The position numbers were made by a program, and so were the translations under genes. The notes beneath the pieces are model-generated. The model was not told the DNA's origin, did not search any database, and saw nothing but the letters and a program-made list of their open reading frames with translations. This document shows positions 38,544 to 47,699 of a stretch of DNA of 64,000 nt, in pieces (position 1 is the first letter of the stretch; every line of letters starts with the position of its first letter). Location: the sequence record OR258281.1; one strand, written 5' to 3'.

Positions 38544-38659
38544 GAAAGTACTAAAGCCGTGCCTTTGGGTAACATCAATATAAGCCCGTACACTGTAAAT
38601 GTTAATTCTGGATATTTCCTTACTCGAAAATACCATACATCCAGGGCGTTAGTACTTTC
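38544..38659 (+). ncRNA. Putative small structured RNA (multi-branch fold)
   Basis: 11-bp closing stem GAAAGTACTAA/TTAGTACTTTC enclosing GCCT/GGGC, TAACAT/ATGTTA and CTGGAT/ATCCAG stems; no ORF; strand uncertain. Confidence 0.35.
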
Positions 38660-38687
38660 CTTAATTTAGACAACAAAGAGAAAAAGT

Positions 38688-38939
38688 ATGATTACATTTC
38701 TAGTATTGAATAGTTTAATCGTTGGCATCTGGACTTTATATGCAGTTAACAAGGCAGATAACGAGTTAAGATCGGACTTTCATCGATATATGTTTATCGA
38801 TAAAAATGGTAATGGTATTAAAGCGTTAAGTTTTAAAACTCCACTACGAATGAAATTACTGCTTATTTTTGGGTTCGTTCCGTTCGTTAACTTCGTCTAT
38901 TTGATGGTTCTTGTATTGGACCTATTCAGAGAAAAATAA
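38688..38939 (+). CDS. Membrane protein
   Basis: Two hydrophobic segments in 83 aa. Confidence 0.7.
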   Translation: MITFLVLNSLIVGIWTLYAVNKADNELRSDFHRYMFIDKNGNGIKALSFKTPLRMKLLLIFGFVPFVNFVYLMVLVLDLFREK

Positions 38940-39017
38940 TGAAAGCTAAAGAACTTGCAAATTTTTTACTTCAGCATCCAGAAGCTGAAATCGTAAAGGA
39001 AATAATTGTATTGATAA

Positions 39018-39386
39018 ATGGACATTGAAAAACTAATAAAGAAAGCAATACAAGTCCCTGACCCTCCTAAAAGTACTTCCTCACGAAAACGACATAAACT
39101 ATTAGCATGTGCACTTGACAAAAAAGGTCGAGTGCTTGCTATTCGTAGTAATGATTATGAATGTTCTCATCCTGTGCAGAAGTACTTCGCTGAAAAAGTT
39201 GGAAGACCTAATGCAATTTATCTTCATGCGGAGATAAGTTGTCTTGTTGCTTCTAAAAAAGATGTATATAAAATGATAGTGGTTAGGGTAGATTCTGACG
39301 GTAATCCGGTACTGGCTAAACCTTGTAGTATATGTCAGGCAGCTATGAAAGAATACGGAGTGAAGGTAATTGAGTACACTATCTGA
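39018..39386 (+). CDS. Zn-dependent cytidine/deoxycytidylate deaminase-like protein
   Basis: LHAE...AKPCSIC motif; 122 aa. Confidence 0.75.
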   Translation: MDIEKLIKKAIQVPDPPKSTSSRKRHKLLACALDKKGRVLAIRSNDYECSHPVQKYFAEKVGRPNAIYLHAEISCLVASKKDVYKMIVVRVDSDGNPVLAKPCSICQAAMKEYGVKVIEYTI

Positions 39387-39810
39387 ATTTTATAATGAAC
39401 TGTACAAAATAATGATTTTTCTTGCTGAGACTGATTTTCAGAAAGAAAAGTTAATTAGAAATGAGTACGGTTATAGCGTCGTTTATGATAATGATTTTAT
39501 TAAGATTAGTAGTACCAGAGGACTTATTACAGTCGAAAATAACGTTAATCATGATCACACTAGAGTTTTTAGAAATGAAATAATAACAGGCATAAAACCT
39601 GATATGTATATTACCTCATGGGAAACTAATATACGTGAGTTTGATGATGATGTTTATTTTAATCTCAGTTTATTAGGTGAAATTCCCACGAAGGAACATA
39701 TTGATTTTGCATTAAAATTGCATAATTATGGTTATATCCATGATAAAACTTTTATAGTTTACCCTAAATTTATCAATATTGAGACGTTGAGAAATACAAA
39801 GTATGAATGA
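39370..39810 (+). CDS. FN-motif family small protein
   Basis: DDDVYFNLSLLGEIPTKEHI; start uncertain. Confidence 0.7.
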   Translation: MSTLSEFYNELYKIMIFLAETDFQKEKLIRNEYGYSVVYDNDFIKISSTRGLITVENNVNHDHTRVFRNEIITGIKPDMYITSWETNIREFDDDVYFNLSLLGEIPTKEHIDFALKLHNYGYIHDKTFIVYPKFINIETLRNTKYE

Positions 39811-40366
39811 TGAAATTATGCAAGAAATATTACGTATATATAATTCATATCATCATAGTACATATATCGATCCGCGAAGATATGACAAAATGTCTTTATC
39901 AAAAATGTACAAATTTGATAATTCTTATAGAATTGAAGTACGGAAAGGATTGATACTTGGTAACGTAGTTAACATTTATAATGATGACGATAAAAAATTA
40001 ATACAAATGTATACACGTGAAATGTTAATAGATCGTAATAGGTATTGGTACTTACTACCAGATTATTTTAAATTTGGTCCACCAAGATTACCATTACGTA
40101 CAAAAGGTTTAGATGAAGATTTTATTATAACTAATGAATTAACCAAAGATGAATACTTTAATATATCCCTTGTTAATAGCATTACATCTTTTGACAATAT
40201 ACAATCAGTACTAAAATTTAATACTCCTGAATATTTTAATAATCCAAAATTATTTGGAATTATTGCTTTTGACGGATATGATTTAGAAAAACTAAAAAAT
40301 ACAACATTAGAGGATTTAGATGAAAGAGTTGGAAACAGAATTGTCGCGAGTAGTAAAGTATTTTAA
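39803..40366 (+). CDS. FN-motif family small protein
   Basis: TKDEYFNISLVNSITSFDNI. Confidence 0.75.
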   Translation: MNDEIMQEILRIYNSYHHSTYIDPRRYDKMSLSKMYKFDNSYRIEVRKGLILGNVVNIYNDDDKKLIQMYTREMLIDRNRYWYLLPDYFKFGPPRLPLRTKGLDEDFIITNELTKDEYFNISLVNSITSFDNIQSVLKFNTPEYFNNPKLFGIIAFDGYDLEKLKNTTLEDLDERVGNRIVASSKVF

Positions 40367-40805
40367 CCACGTAGTGAATAATATTGTAGATTGGAAGCCA
40401 AACGGTTCTGTACAGTCATGTGTTATCGAAACTGAAGGATATACAATTCAGTTCGACCGTAAGGTAATTAATGGTGAAATTCAAATGGAACTAATGGATA
40501 AGTACACAACGTTTCTAACTGTTACTAAGCCAAAAAAGAAGAATATTTTCATTGATAATAAAGTAGCACGTGCTGAATATGGCAAGCTTCTGAAGTTCAA
40601 ACTTGGTACTAAAGAATTACGGGTAACTGCTAATATTACTCCTGATGAAATTTTCAACCTTAGTCTGATGCATAATATTGAAATCAACGCAGAATCAGTA
40701 AAATACTCAATGATTGTTAAGAATGTTGCTAACAGTACTAAAAAATTCATCGAAATGAATCTGAATTTAGATTTAGATATGCTCAAAAAGACGATTATTG
40801 TTTGA
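40320..40805 (+). CDS. FN-motif family small protein
   Basis: TPDEIFNLSLMHNIEINAESV. Confidence 0.75.
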   Translation: MKELETELSRVVKYFNHVVNNIVDWKPNGSVQSCVIETEGYTIQFDRKVINGEIQMELMDKYTTFLTVTKPKKKNIFIDNKVARAEYGKLLKFKLGTKELRVTANITPDEIFNLSLMHNIEINAESVKYSMIVKNVANSTKKFIEMNLNLDLDMLKKTIIV

Positions 40806-40909
40806 ACTAAATAATATCGTTATACGAGAAGACTTATACTAATTACAAAGTTCTCCATAATACCTCGGGAAAGGAAATTATTATTTAATTATATGGAGTA
40901 TAAAAAACC

Positions 40910-41848
40910 ATGGAAAAGTTACACGTCATTACAGTAATTAGTAACCCTGTAAGATACCAAAGCAGATATAAGTTGTACAAGAATTTTGAGAAGTACATGA
41001 ACTCAAATCCTAACGTAGTGTTATATACGGCAGAAATGGCATACGGTGATCGTCCCTTTGAGGTTACTGAAGCAAATAACCCGAATCATCTTCAATTACG
41101 TTCGTCTGATGAGTTATGGCATAAAGAAAATATGATGAACCTGGTACTACATAAGCTTCCGAACGATTGGAAGTACGTAGCATGGGTTGATGCTGATGTT
41201 ATTTTTAGCAGACCTGATTGGGCTGAAGAAACTATTCACCAGTTACAGCATTATCATGTAGTACAGATGTTTAGTGAATGCCGAGATTTAGATGATAAGT
41301 ACTCAGGTGTTCCAGGTTCAGATATGAAAGGAATGATCTGGTGCCATTATAATATGGAACAAAGTAATTCAGATAAAGCATATGGTAAACGTCAGGGACA
41401 CTGTGGTTATGCATGGGCTGCTCGTCGAGAAACATTGGAATTTACTGGTGGTTTTCTTGATGTAAGTATTCTAGGAAGTGGTGATTACCAGATGGCTACT
41501 GCATTCTTAGGTAATATCAGTACTTCAATTGGTGGTGTTAAATATCATCCTGATTATATTAAAGCACTTCATAATTGGGGCGAGAAAGCTAAAAAGATCC
41601 GAAATAATGTAGGATATGTTGAAGGGCTATTGCTTCACAACTGGCATGGTGCTAAACTAAATCGTGGCTATAAAGACCGCTGGAAGATTCTGGTAGAACA
41701 TAAGTACAATCCACTTACTGACATTGAACGCGACTGGCAGGGGCTATACAAGCTCGTAGACAACGGTTCTAAGAAGTATATCGGACTACGAGACGACTTA
41801 CGTACATACTTCCGTGCACGTGACGAAGACAACAAAAGACAGCGTTAA
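40910..41848 (+). CDS. GT-A fold glycosyltransferase-like protein
   Basis: WHKENMMN, YVAWVDADV (DxD), GYAWA, LGSGD, HNWHG. Confidence 0.7.
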   Translation: MEKLHVITVISNPVRYQSRYKLYKNFEKYMNSNPNVVLYTAEMAYGDRPFEVTEANNPNHLQLRSSDELWHKENMMNLVLHKLPNDWKYVAWVDADVIFSRPDWAEETIHQLQHYHVVQMFSECRDLDDKYSGVPGSDMKGMIWCHYNMEQSNSDKAYGKRQGHCGYAWAARRETLEFTGGFLDVSILGSGDYQMATAFLGNISTSIGGVKYHPDYIKALHNWGEKAKKIRNNVGYVEGLLLHNWHGAKLNRGYKDRWKILVEHKYNPLTDIERDWQGLYKLVDNGSKKYIGLRDDLRTYFRARDEDNKRQR

Positions 41849-41856
41849 TTATATAC

Positions 41857-41880
41857 TGGCACTCATTTGAGTGCCATTTT
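41857..41880 (+). terminator. Intrinsic terminator
   Basis: TGGCACTC-ATTT-GAGTGCCA then TTTT. Confidence 0.8.
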
Positions 41881-41895
41881 CATTTGGGAGTACTT

Positions 41896-42228
41896 ATGAA
41901 TCAAACTGATTTTACGACTCATAATATTATTAAATGGTTATTTAAAGAACATCATAGTACTGGATTTATCCCCGAATGGTATATCAGTAACCTTAGTGGT
42001 GTAATGGTTAGAAACAATAACAGATTTACATCTTTAATTATGATGAATGATGAATTAACAGTTGAAATACGACCTGATGTTATATTCATCAACGAGCATA
42101 GAATTGAATCAAAAGAAGACTTCTTTAATGTCTATCTAATGTTCGATTTAAATGAATATGAGTACTATACTGAATTAAAGAATTATTTGTCACATTACTA
42201 TGGACAAACCTTCAGGTTTAAAATATGA
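41896..42228 (+). CDS. FN-motif family small protein
   Basis: SKEDFFNVYLMFDL; ATG 41896 with GGGAG SD. Confidence 0.7.
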   Translation: MNQTDFTTHNIIKWLFKEHHSTGFIPEWYISNLSGVMVRNNNRFTSLIMMNDELTVEIRPDVIFINEHRIESKEDFFNVYLMFDLNEYEYYTELKNYLSHYYGQTFRFKI

Positions 42229-42647
42229 ATATTACTAATTATCACAGGTGTCATAATGCTATAAGGAGTACTCTTAGTATTTTAAACGTACCGGAAGTAC
42301 TTGGTAAGTACACTTTACATTCAAAACAATTAAAATATGAAGACGATAATATTTGTATTATTGGTTCTAAAAATGGGTGTTTGCATTCATTATTGAAAAT
42401 AAATTCGGGCATGGTATATCGTGCTTTTAGCTATGATTGTGTTATAGAATTTCTTTTTGGTTCAGACGAAGTTTTTCTTACAATTAAAGGAAAACAACAA
42501 ATAATGAACTTTAACGATTTTGACAAAGAGATACTTTTCAATCTAAATTTAAGCTATGATATTCCGGTAAGTATAGAACAAGTACTTAAACTAAAAGAAA
42601 CGTTCATCAAAATTGAAAGTATAGATATTGGATTAACATTCAAATGA
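42225..42647 (+). CDS. FN-motif family small protein
   Basis: DKEILFNLNLSYDIPVSIEQV. Confidence 0.75.
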   Translation: MNITNYHRCHNAIRSTLSILNVPEVLGKYTLHSKQLKYEDDNICIIGSKNGCLHSLLKINSGMVYRAFSYDCVIEFLFGSDEVFLTIKGKQQIMNFNDFDKEILFNLNLSYDIPVSIEQVLKLKETFIKIESIDIGLTFK

Positions 42648-43036
42648 AAATGTCAGATTTAATAACATGTATAAATGCAATAAATGAAGCACTGGAAATT
42701 ATCAACTTCGATGTTCTAGATTTTGATTATGAAGTTAATGGCCCTTCTATTGAAGCTATTAGTAACAGTACAAGATTGCTAATTTGCAGAAGAAGTTCCA
42801 GTACTGATGTTAGGCTTAGGGTGTTTCTAAATTACCAGAACTATATAAAATTAGACGCATGGGACCGGTTCACAGTATGTGATAAATTAGGCGAAGAACA
42901 TGAAGTAAATCATGAAAATATATTTCATCTTATGATGGATAATGATCATATACTTGACCATACTCAGATTAAAAATCTGGAAAAGCTTTCCAATAAAATC
43001 GATGGATTCAGCATAAAAATCTACCTCAATAACTGA
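42644..43036 (+). CDS. FN-motif family small protein (FH variant)
   Basis: NHENIFHLMMDNDHILDHTQI. Confidence 0.65.
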   Translation: MKMSDLITCINAINEALEIINFDVLDFDYEVNGPSIEAISNSTRLLICRRSSSTDVRLRVFLNYQNYIKLDAWDRFTVCDKLGEEHEVNHENIFHLMMDNDHILDHTQIKNLEKLSNKIDGFSIKIYLNN

Positions 43037-43126
43037 TTAGAAATGCTTGACTGTTCAACGCTAAAAGATTAGAATCGACCTGTAGATTGAATTTGATTTA
43101 AAATAATAAAAAGGTCAGGGATTCAG

Positions 43127-43510
43127 ATGGACATTAATGTATTGCGTAAATTAATACGTAAACCACACAAATTAGTACCACTTACCCTTCCATGGGTATT
43201 TAAACGTACAAGACATGTTAATTTGTACAAGGGTAAAATTAAACTTTCACCAATAAGTTTTGGTCCTGAAAAGTACTTAGTAAAGATTACTAATAAAGGC
43301 GGTACTACATTTGTATATAAGAATCGTATTGTATACAATATAGCGAATACCGATGGATATACCAAAATCTTTGATATGAAGAACTTTGATCAAGCTGAGT
43401 ACTTTAATTATACAGTACTGTATAGTAACTTACCTGATTTTGAGTTTATATCCCAAATCAGAGTCTTAATGAATGATCAAAAAAATGTGATTTATCACAT
43501 TTACTTCTGA
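43127..43510 (+). CDS. FN-motif family small protein
   Basis: DQAEYFNYTVLYSNLPDFEFI. Confidence 0.7.
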   Translation: MDINVLRKLIRKPHKLVPLTLPWVFKRTRHVNLYKGKIKLSPISFGPEKYLVKITNKGGTTFVYKNRIVYNIANTDGYTKIFDMKNFDQAEYFNYTVLYSNLPDFEFISQIRVLMNDQKNVIYHIYF

Positions 43511-43557
43511 TAATGAGTGTGCAATAATGCACATTCATAACTTTAATGGTGTGTTAA

Positions 43558-43797
43558 ATGAAAAAGTCAATTTTCGCAGTGCTGATGGTTCTTGGTCTTT
43601 CTTCATGCAACGTTGAAGCCAACGCCTCTTGGAATCCGAGGTTTAAAATTGATTGCATTAATGGTGATGACAGAACACGGATCACTGTTTACGTAGAAGA
43701 CTTCAACTTTGGTGAATCGGTACTGTACTTCAAAGATAAAGATGACAAAAAACATTGGATAACTCTAAGTAATCAATGTCATGTATCTGAGTTGTAA
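43558..43797 (+). CDS. Putative lipoprotein
   Basis: MKKSIFAVLMVLGLSSC lipobox. Confidence 0.7.
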   Translation: MKKSIFAVLMVLGLSSCNVEANASWNPRFKIDCINGDDRTRITVYVEDFNFGESVLYFKDKDDKKHWITLSNQCHVSEL

Positions 43798-43845
43798 TGT
43801 ATTTTGGTCAAACAATAACTTTAAAATTAATATATAAGGTACTTT

Positions 43846-44580
43846 ATGCAACTCGGTGATCGTATCAAGTCTTATGAAAAGGCTGAAACTTCTGGTAGAT
43901 TTCTGCCAGGTCTTCCAATTTATGCACGTATCGATGGTCGTTCCTTCAGTAACTTTACTCGTAAGATGAGTAAACCATACGACGAAAAAATGAGTCGTAT
44001 TATGCAGGAAGTTACTGCATTTTTGGTAAAAGAATGTTCAGCTAAGATTGGATATACTCAATCTGACGAAATTTCACTACTGTTTTATGCTGAAGGAGAT
44101 AGTTCTGTATTCTTCGACGGTAAGAAACAGAAAATGGTATCAGTAATTGCTGGTTTAACTAGTGCAAAGTTCATGCAATTAGCACTCAAAGAGTTTCCAG
44201 AACTTTGTGAAAAGACAGTACCATCATTTGACTGTCGCGTATTCCAAGTACCTAATAAAACAGAAGCAATGAACTGTTTTCTGTGGCGTGTGCAGGATGC
44301 TGTAAAGAACAGTATTTCAATGGCAGCACATGAAATGTTCGGTCATAAGAAACTTCATGGTAAATCAAGTAATGATAAACTTGATATGCTTATTGCTGAA
44401 GGTACTAACTGGAATGATTATCCTAAGTACTTCAAAGAAGGTACTTTCTGGCAACGTGTCACATATGAACGTGAACCTGGTATTATTCGTTCTAAGATCG
44501 ATGAAGTAATTCCGGCACTGAAGTTTGAAGATCTTAATACTGAAGCCCGAATTAATTTAGTATTTGGTGATTATGTATGA
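43846..44580 (+). CDS. thg1: tRNA(His) guanylyltransferase / Thg1-like 3'-5' polymerase
   Basis: ARIDGRSFSNFT, YTQSDEISL, FDGKKQK, FDCR, WRVQDAVKNS. Confidence 0.93.
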   Translation: MQLGDRIKSYEKAETSGRFLPGLPIYARIDGRSFSNFTRKMSKPYDEKMSRIMQEVTAFLVKECSAKIGYTQSDEISLLFYAEGDSSVFFDGKKQKMVSVIAGLTSAKFMQLALKEFPELCEKTVPSFDCRVFQVPNKTEAMNCFLWRVQDAVKNSISMAAHEMFGHKKLHGKSSNDKLDMLIAEGTNWNDYPKYFKEGTFWQRVTYEREPGIIRSKIDEVIPALKFEDLNTEARINLVFGDYV

Positions 44581-44960
44581 CTAACATGTTAACTTACATT
44601 AAAGATAAAAGTAATAATCATAAAATTATGTATTTTAGTGATTATAACAATGAAGATCTTAAATTCCGTGCTGAAGCTAATATCAAACCGTGCAAAGTGC
44701 AATTCTTTGCTGCTGAAGAATTAGAAGGTTATGGAATTCCAAAGTACTTTACTGATCTAGTAATGGTATTTCTTGATAAAAAGGGTAATCCTAGCAAGAA
44801 GTACAAAATTCATTATCATATGACTTCAGCAATCTTTGATACATCAGCAGAAGCTGCTGAACACTATAATAATTGTATTGATCAGTTTGTTGAGTTAATG
44901 AATACTAAATGTAATGAGTTTAATACTAAACTGTTAAATTCAAAAATTAAGGTAAAATAA
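44577..44960 (+). CDS. Hypothetical protein, paralog of next gene
   Basis: YFSDYNNEDLKFRAEANIKPCKV. Confidence 0.75.
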   Translation: MTNMLTYIKDKSNNHKIMYFSDYNNEDLKFRAEANIKPCKVQFFAAEELEGYGIPKYFTDLVMVFLDKKGNPSKKYKIHYHMTSAIFDTSAEAAEHYNNCIDQFVELMNTKCNEFNTKLLNSKIKVK

Positions 44961-44961
44961 C

Positions 44962-45330
44962 ATGCATTTTAATGATATCACCAATGATTTAACAAATGTA
45001 GGTAAAATCTTTTATATGTCAGGTTATGAAAATAACAATTTAAGAAAAAGACCTGCAACTAATACTAAGCCTACTAAAGTAAGTATGGAATTGTTTAGTA
45101 AGTTGTATCCACAACATGCACAATATTTCCCAGAACATGTTCTTCCAGTTAAAATTAACAAAGATGGATCTATCACTACAGAACATTTAGTTATCTATAC
45201 TGATGTACATCATTTTTTTGATAACGAAAAAGAAAGTATTGCATGGTACAATGAGAGTATTGAAAAAGTTTTAACTTTGATTGACGCATTCAAAGAAAAG
45301 ACAAGTACCATGAAGATTAAAATTAAGTAG
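44962..45330 (+). CDS. Hypothetical protein, paralog of previous gene
   Basis: YMSGYENNNLRKRPATNTKPTKV. Confidence 0.75.
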   Translation: MHFNDITNDLTNVGKIFYMSGYENNNLRKRPATNTKPTKVSMELFSKLYPQHAQYFPEHVLPVKINKDGSITTEHLVIYTDVHHFFDNEKESIAWYNESIEKVLTLIDAFKEKTSTMKIKIK

Positions 45331-45338
45331 AGGTACTT

Positions 45339-45656
45339 ATGTGCAAGGACGCACCTATAGTAGTTAATAAATACAAGTCCGAATATGACGTGTATATCGG
45401 TAGAGGTTCAGTATGGGGTAATCCTTTCACTCATATTAAAGACCGTAATACTAAAGCTGAATTTATTGTAGAAACCCGTGAAGAAAGTATTGAAAAATAC
45501 AGGGAATACATATACAGTAAAATTAGTACTGGTGAGATTTCAATGGACGATTTGAGGTCTCTAATTGGGAAAAGGCTAGGATGTTTCTGTAAGCCTAAAA
45601 GCTGCCATGGTGATATATTGGTAGAGATCGTCAGTATAATAATTAAAGGTGATTGA
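45339..45656 (+). CDS. DUF4326-family protein
   Basis: YDVYIGRGSVWGNPF...LGCFCKPKSCHGDIL. Confidence 0.85.
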   Translation: MCKDAPIVVNKYKSEYDVYIGRGSVWGNPFTHIKDRNTKAEFIVETREESIEKYREYIYSKISTGEISMDDLRSLIGKRLGCFCKPKSCHGDILVEIVSIIIKGD

Positions 45657-46345
45657 TGTTAATTATTTCAAAGTTCCATGATTTTTATGATCACGTATCG
45701 AAAGTGGGTGTGGATAAGCATGTAGTACTGCAACGTAAGCAGGAACTTGTTGATATTCCATCCGGGCTAAAGTTCCGTCCAATGGATCTTGCACGTGTTG
45801 CCTCGGTAAGTAATGAACGTGGTCGATTCTTAGAAGGTCGAGTATATGTACTGGATTGGGTATATTTCTGCGGAAAAGCATATCCGGGCATTCGTTCATA
45901 CTTTTTAAAAGATGAAGTAAAATCCGATTTCCAGCAACATACAAAAGAAGATCTGGAAAGTAGAATTCCACTAAACTCCAGATACTATAAATCAGATTGG
46001 CATAATGGGTTAACTCCACAGCAGGAGCTAAATCAAGCATTACAGGGTAAAAATGAAATCCCGGCAGAAGTATTTCAGAAATTGAAAGTACCATACTTCG
46101 GTTTTAATGAAGTTGTTGATACCAGTGGTCGTTGGATTCACAGAAGAAACAAATTAATAGTATTTCCGAATCTCAAGGATTATACCTCGTTCCTGAAGAT
46201 GGATGCATATACCGTATATCAGGAAATTGAAATGTACTGTTCAGGTGTTCTTGGAGTCGGTGAACCAGAAACCATCGAAGTGTCAGATATTTCGAAACGT
46301 GACAGTAAAGGATTCGATGAATTCAGTTTTAAACATCGTAAATAA
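45653..46345 (+). CDS. Hypothetical protein
   Basis: 230 aa; FHDFYD start, KGFDEFSFKHR end. Confidence 0.8.
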   Translation: MMLIISKFHDFYDHVSKVGVDKHVVLQRKQELVDIPSGLKFRPMDLARVASVSNERGRFLEGRVYVLDWVYFCGKAYPGIRSYFLKDEVKSDFQQHTKEDLESRIPLNSRYYKSDWHNGLTPQQELNQALQGKNEIPAEVFQKLKVPYFGFNEVVDTSGRWIHRRNKLIVFPNLKDYTSFLKMDAYTVYQEIEMYCSGVLGVGEPETIEVSDISKRDSKGFDEFSFKHRK

Positions 46346-46346
46346 C

Positions 46347-46375
46347 AAAAAAGGCACTCAAATGAGTGCCTTTTT
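46347..46375 (+). terminator. Intrinsic terminator (A-tract/T-tract flanked)
   Basis: AAAAAAGGCACTC-AAAT-GAGTGCCTTTTT. Confidence 0.85.
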
Positions 46376-46389
46376 GCATGGAATTAATT

Positions 46390-46839
46390 ATGAAAGAATC
46401 AGCTTTTAAGTACTTTGAAGATATTATTAGAATGTACAACACCAATGATTTTCCTAAAAATTTTGAGTACAATGGGTGCAATCTTGATTATGATGGTATT
46501 TGTGTTGCTGGAAATACCAATACTCTTGGTGAACACTATACTTCTGACCGCATTAAGTTTTTTAATAACTGTGGAAATGGCATATATGAAGAATTAAAAC
46601 CGCTTATTTCATTTAAGGATGATACCATTACTGGAATTTATCTTAAAGAAGATAGTGATGAAATTGATTATGAAGTACCTATTGATAATGAGGCAGATTG
46701 GTTCAACATCATCACTAGTGTACAAGGGTATGCTATTAGTTACGATGAAATTCTGAGAATTCGTGAAATTATCCAGAAATGTGATAGTTTTATTGAAATT
46801 CGTTATGGATTTGGTGAAGAAGAAGAATATGGATATTGA
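46390..46839 (+). CDS. FN-motif family small protein
   Basis: NEADWFNIITSVQGYAISYDEI. Confidence 0.75.
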   Translation: MKESAFKYFEDIIRMYNTNDFPKNFEYNGCNLDYDGICVAGNTNTLGEHYTSDRIKFFNNCGNGIYEELKPLISFKDDTITGIYLKEDSDEIDYEVPIDNEADWFNIITSVQGYAISYDEILRIREIIQKCDSFIEIRYGFGEEEEYGY

Positions 46840-47263
46840 TAAAGCAAAGTATATTGAATTTTTGAATGAAATGGGATTATTAGATTCATTTGAATATTTG
46901 TTCGATGACGGTACTGTATTATGTAAAGACGAAACCTTTATGGAACTTGGAGACAGAACTGTTGCACATTGTACAAATGATAAAATAATTATTCATGTTT
47001 GTACTGAATCTTACGGACAGGTAGAACTTTCTAGATTAGGTTATGTATTTGCGGAAAATGATACAAAGGTCGTAAAAAATAATACGGAGTACTCTATTAA
47101 TAATAAAGAAGAGTACTTCAATGCCAGTATTTTACTGGATCTTACGTTTTCTTATGATGAAATTCAGTACCTATCAAAATATTATAATGATAGACTAATA
47201 GGTGCCACTTTTTATTATATTGAAGGAGACGAAAAATATACAGGAAACTATCATGAATATTGA
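46829..47263 (+). CDS. FN-motif family small protein
   Basis: NKEEYFNASILLDLTFSYDEI. Confidence 0.75.
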   Translation: MDIDKAKYIEFLNEMGLLDSFEYLFDDGTVLCKDETFMELGDRTVAHCTNDKIIIHVCTESYGQVELSRLGYVFAENDTKVVKNNTEYSINNKEEYFNASILLDLTFSYDEIQYLSKYYNDRLIGATFYYIEGDEKYTGNYHEY

Positions 47264-47699
47264 TCTATTCATTAAGTACTGCAAAGTGCTATCAGAGTGT
47301 GCTAATAATCAATTTACACATAAAATTGACGATAATTTAAGAATTGAATATGGTGATACTACTGTCAATCTATTAAATTTAAACAAAATCGAATCTAAAT
47401 TAGGTACTGATAGTGACACTTTCCGAATAACAGTTTGTGTTGAAACTTCTGATTTCGGGATTTACGATTCTCCCTGCATTTATATATTCGATGAAGATCA
47501 AATTATATTATCGTGTGATAATAATGAGATACATTCTATTGATTCGAAAGATGATTTATTCAATCTTAATCTTCAGTACGAAAATCTCACATTTACATAT
47601 GATGATTTATTAAAGATCCAAGAGGCGAATAGAAAACACAATTTTAAAATAAACATGTTTTTTACTGTAGGGGAGGAAGAATATGCGTCTAACTGTTAG
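47253..47699 (+). CDS. FN-motif family small protein
   Basis: SKDDLFNLNLQYENLTFTYDDL. Confidence 0.75.
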   Translation: MNIDLFIKYCKVLSECANNQFTHKIDDNLRIEYGDTTVNLLNLNKIESKLGTDSDTFRITVCVETSDFGIYDSPCIYIFDEDQIILSCDNNEIHSIDSKDDLFNLNLQYENLTFTYDDLLKIQEANRKHNFKINMFFTVGEEEYASNC

